Below are positions 61,448 through 64,000 of a stretch of DNA of 64,000 bases, piece by piece. The first letter of the stretch is position 1, and each line of letters begins with the position of its first letter. A program made the translations under genes and the position numbers. Under the pieces are notes generated by a model that saw only the letters and a program-made list of their open reading frames with translations, had not been told where the DNA came from and did no database searches. This DNA is from an uncultured Verrucomicrobiota bacterium (GTDB taxonomy: Bacteria; Verrucomicrobiota; Kiritimatiellia; RFP12; UBA1067), in assembly GCA_946533675.1 (NCBI GenBank), contig CAMNBZ010000012.1, positions 4,323 to 68,322 on the forward strand, read 5' to 3'.

Positions 61448-64000
61448 TCACTCGAGATACGTGCCGCGGAACCAGATCTTGTGGCCCTTGAGCTCCGGCC
61501 CGAAATAGAAGCCGGGATCGGTCGGCACGTTGTAGCCGTTGTTCTGCGTCAGCACCGAGAGGCGGTAGATCGGATCCTCCAGGAACGTGTGGAAGCGGTA
61601 GGGCGTGTCGTGCGGCGAGAGGTAGGCGCGGATCGCGCGGTTGTCGCGGCGCGTCAGGAGAATCTCCTCGCGCCAGTCGCCGAAGAGGTCGGCGATCAGG
61701 CACGGGCAGCCCTTCGTCGAATGGTTGGAATGGACGTTCGGCGGCGCGCCCTCGGGCCGCACGTCGAGCTCCTCGGCGTAGGTGATGCTCCGCCCCTTGA
61801 CGGAATAGCCCTTGATGACGCTGCCGCCCGAATACGCCGAGCGCGTCAGGTCGCCGCGCCACCAGATGCCGAAGCGGAGCATGCTGTAGTAGTGGTCCGT
61901 CGGCTTGGGCTTCGGGTCGGCGTGCCGCTGCCCCGTCGACGCGGAGTAGACGCCGCAGTGCGTGCCCGAGAAGAGCTCCACGCCGGGCTGGTCGGGGTCG
62001 ATGTCCATCGCGTTGCAGCTGCCCGTGTCCTTCGGCCCGTGCGTCCAGAAGTGCAGCCGCCCCGACTGCGCGTCGAAGAGCGAGACGCCGAACGGGCTGT
62101 TCTCGTGGCACGTCCACACCTGGAGCCCGCGCACCGTCGGCGCGCTCTGGATGAGGTGGAGCGCGTCGCCGTGGCCCATGCCCGTCGTGTAGAGGCCCTG
62201 CCCGTCGTGGTCCACGACCATGTGGCCGTAGATGATCTCGTCCTTGCCGTCGAAGTCCACGTCGCCGACGCGCAGGTTGTGGAAGCCCTGCCCGCCGTAG
62301 CCCCACCAGCGCGGCTCGTCGGAGCAGAAGTACCAGCGCTCCTTCAGCTTCCCGTCGACGAGGTCGTACGCGCACAGGCACGTGCGCGAGTAGTAGCCGC
62401 GGCACATGATGACGCTCGGGTGCACGCCGTCGAGGTAGCCCACCGCCGCGAGCATGCGGAACGCCTGGTTGCCGGGGTTGCGGCTCGACCATTCGCGGTT
62501 GACCGCGCGCTCGTCGTCCGCGATGCCCCGCCTGTCCGTCCCCTCCCGCGCGCGCGCCTCCGCCGCCGCGCGCCGCGCCGGGTCGCTGAGGACGTCGGGC
62601 TTGAACGGCACCGAATCGATCGCCGCGCCCGTCGCGCCGTCGAACGCCGTCACGTAGTTGTGCGCCCAGAGGATGTGCGCGCCGGGGAGGATCTTGCGCC
62701 AGTCGACCGCCGCGTCGCCGATGACCCTGCCGCGGCCGTCCACCGTGCCGTCCGCCGTGCGGCAGACGACCTCCGCCCGGCCGTCGCCGTCGAAGTCCGC
62801 CACCATCACCGGCACGTAGTGCGAGCCCGAGCGGATGTTCGGCCCGAGGTTGATCTTCCAGAGGCTGCGGTTCGTGCCGTCCAGCTTCACGCCCTCGATC
62901 CACGTGTCGCCCGTCTTGTGCCACGACGAGTTGTCGCCGCCGTTCGTCGGCCACCAGATGACGACGAGGTCGTATTCGCCGTCGCCGTCCAGGTCGCCGA
63001 TGGAGCAGTCGTAGGGGATGTGCGCGATCCGCGCGCCGTCGGGCATCACCGTGTCCGGCGGCGGCGTCAGCTCGATGTCGAAGGAACCGACGGGCGCGTT
63101 CGCCGGGAGCGTCCACGACCCGCCGACCTTGAACGCCGCCTCGCGCGCGCCGAGGACGGCGCGCACCTCGTATTTCGTCGCCTTGCCCGTCCACGGCGTC
63201 CGGTAGTAGGTGACGTCGGCGATCGGCGCGCCGTTCAGCCGCCTGCCGTTCGCGTAGACGTTGAACGCGATGTTCGTCGGATCGCTCGACTTGTAGCGCC
63301 AGCCGATCATGACCTCCTTCTCCGTCTGCCGCACGGCGTAGACGCCGCGCCCCATGCGCTCCTTCTGCATGTGCCTGAGCCGGTAGCCGGTCGTCGGCTG
63401 CGGGAAGGCGTCCGGCCCCACGTTCGTCGCGCCCGGCTGCGACTCGATCACCCGGGCGCCCGGAGCCTTGACGATCTTCCCGACGACATTCGCCGAGACG
63501 CACTTGAGCGTCGCGCCCTTCGCGAGCTCGATCGTGCCGCCCCACGTCGCCGCCGGGCCGAGCACGAGCGTCGACTCGCTGGCGACCGTCAGCCGGCCCG
63601 TCGCCCCGTCGCACGGATACTGGAGGCCCAGCACGCCCTCGCCCGTCTTGACGAGGTTGCCGTCGCCTTCGAACGACGCGCGGACGAGGAGCTGCCGGTT
63701 GACGATGAGCCGGCTCGTGCCGCTCAGGCGGATCGGCGCGCCCGACTTGACGAACGTCGGCTCGAAGCTGAGGAGCGCGCCGCCCGAGAAGACGACCTCG
63801 TTCGTCCGCGCCCGCGCGTAGTTGGAGTCGAACACGAAGCCGCCCGCGCCGAGCGCGAACTGGCCGCCGGCCGCGAGCTCGAAGCGCTTCTCGCCGCCGA
63901 TGCCGCACTGCGCGAGGACGCCTTTCGCGTAGAGGCGCCTTTCGCCGTCCCGGCCGATCAGGATCTCTTCGGGAATCTCGTAGCCGAGGCGCAGCACCGA
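61448..64000 (-). CDS. Rhamnogalacturonan lyase (PL11 family), N-terminus beyond window end
   Basis: FG-GAP and beta-propeller repeats with DLDGDGEYDL and DFDGDGRAEV. The C-terminal domain resembles YesW/YesX. The ORF runs to the window edge. Confidence 0.65.
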   Translation of the reverse strand, partial: SVLRLGYEIPEEILIGRDGERRLYAKGVLAQCGIGGEKRFELAAGGQFALGAGGFVFDSNYARARTNEVVFSGGALLSFEPTFVKSGAPIRLSGTSRLIVNRQLLVRASFEGDGNLVKTGEGVLGLQYPCDGATGRLTVASESTLVLGPAATWGGTIELAKGATLKCVSANVVGKIVKAPGARVIESQPGATNVGPDAFPQPTTGYRLRHMQKERMGRGVYAVRQTEKEVMIGWRYKSSDPTNIAFNVYANGRRLNGAPIADVTYYRTPWTGKATKYEVRAVLGAREAAFKVGGSWTLPANAPVGSFDIELTPPPDTVMPDGARIAHIPYDCSIGDLDGDGEYDLVVIWWPTNGGDNSSWHKTGDTWIEGVKLDGTNRSLWKINLGPNIRSGSHYVPVMVADFDGDGRAEVVCRTADGTVDGRGRVIGDAAVDWRKILPGAHILWAHNYVTAFDGATGAAIDSVPFKPDVLSDPARRAAAEARAREGTDRRGIADDERAVNREWSSRNPGNQAFRMLAAVGYLDGVHPSVIMCRGYYSRTCLCAYDLVDGKLKERWYFCSDEPRWWGYGGQGFHNLRVGDVDFDGKDEIIYGHMVVDHDGQGLYTTGMGHGDALHLIQSAPTVRGLQVWTCHENSPFGVSLFDAQSGRLHFWTHGPKDTGSCNAMDIDPDQPGVELFSGTHCGVYSASTGQRHADPKPKPTDHYYSMLRFGIWWRGDLTRSAYSGGSVIKGYSVKGRSITYAEELDVRPEGAPPNVHSNHSTKGCPCLIADLFGDWREEILLTRRDNRAIRAYLSPHDTPYRFHTFLEDPIYRLSVLTQNNGYNVPTDPGFYFGPELKGHKIWFRGTYLE

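Overview
The window is a high-GC (~65-70%) bacterial chromosomal segment. It is densely packed with housekeeping genes, most of them on the minus strand. Calls in order: glnN (type III glutamine synthetase, partial), panC, nfo, an MFS transporter, rsgA, a YihY/BrkB membrane protein, a permease, then a ferredoxin / polyferredoxin / Fe-S aldo-keto-reductase operon, hrpA, a DEAD-box helicase, plsY, a NUDIX hydrolase, argS, a UDP-glucose 6-dehydrogenase and an SASA+GDSL esterase. Further along: rsmB, a ClC channel, aspartate kinase, hom, hrpB, icd, a GH-D alpha-galactosidase, miaA, lspA, a DksA-like factor, plsC, ruvA, valS, an XGPRT-like enzyme, an S2P protease, an RsmC-like methyltransferase, gltX, a purF-like gene, recJ, ilvE and a partial PL11 rhamnogalacturonan lyase. 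Many adjacent genes overlap by ATGA or GTGA (translational coupling). Many starts sit 6-10 nt downstream of an extended -10 box of the form TGnTATA(A/C)T, which implies leaderless mRNAs. Three accessory pockets stand out against this housekeeping background. First, a lower-GC island at about 22.2-30.4 kb. It holds a REP-associated tyrosine transposase (RAYT) flanked by arrays of an inverted REP-like hairpin repeat, two paralogous large secreted PATR (autotransporter-associated beta-strand repeat) proteins that each have an identical palindrome upstream, a third REP pair, and a NarL-type two-component system. Second, a lower-GC NgoMIV-like type II restriction-modification pair at about 53.0-55.7 kb. 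Its C5-cytosine methyltransferase carries an uncharacterised ~190 aa N-terminal extension, and a small ORF plus a hairpin lie beside it. Third, a family of short dispersed repeats: a GGGGTCTGTCCCC-hairpin element, CTAG/TCTAGA-rich palindromic clusters, 22-bp tandem iterons, and a UUCG-tetraloop-containing long intergenic region that may encode a small RNA. The arginine-rich long ORFs in the six-frame track are alternate-frame artefacts of the high GC content. Note that 'M' in the track can stand for GTG or TTG. The printed sequence and the track coordinates disagree by one base near 776-780 and 2451-2454, so starts are given in the track's coordinate frame; glnN (1..765), which has no track ORF, is read from the printed sequence and may be off by one.
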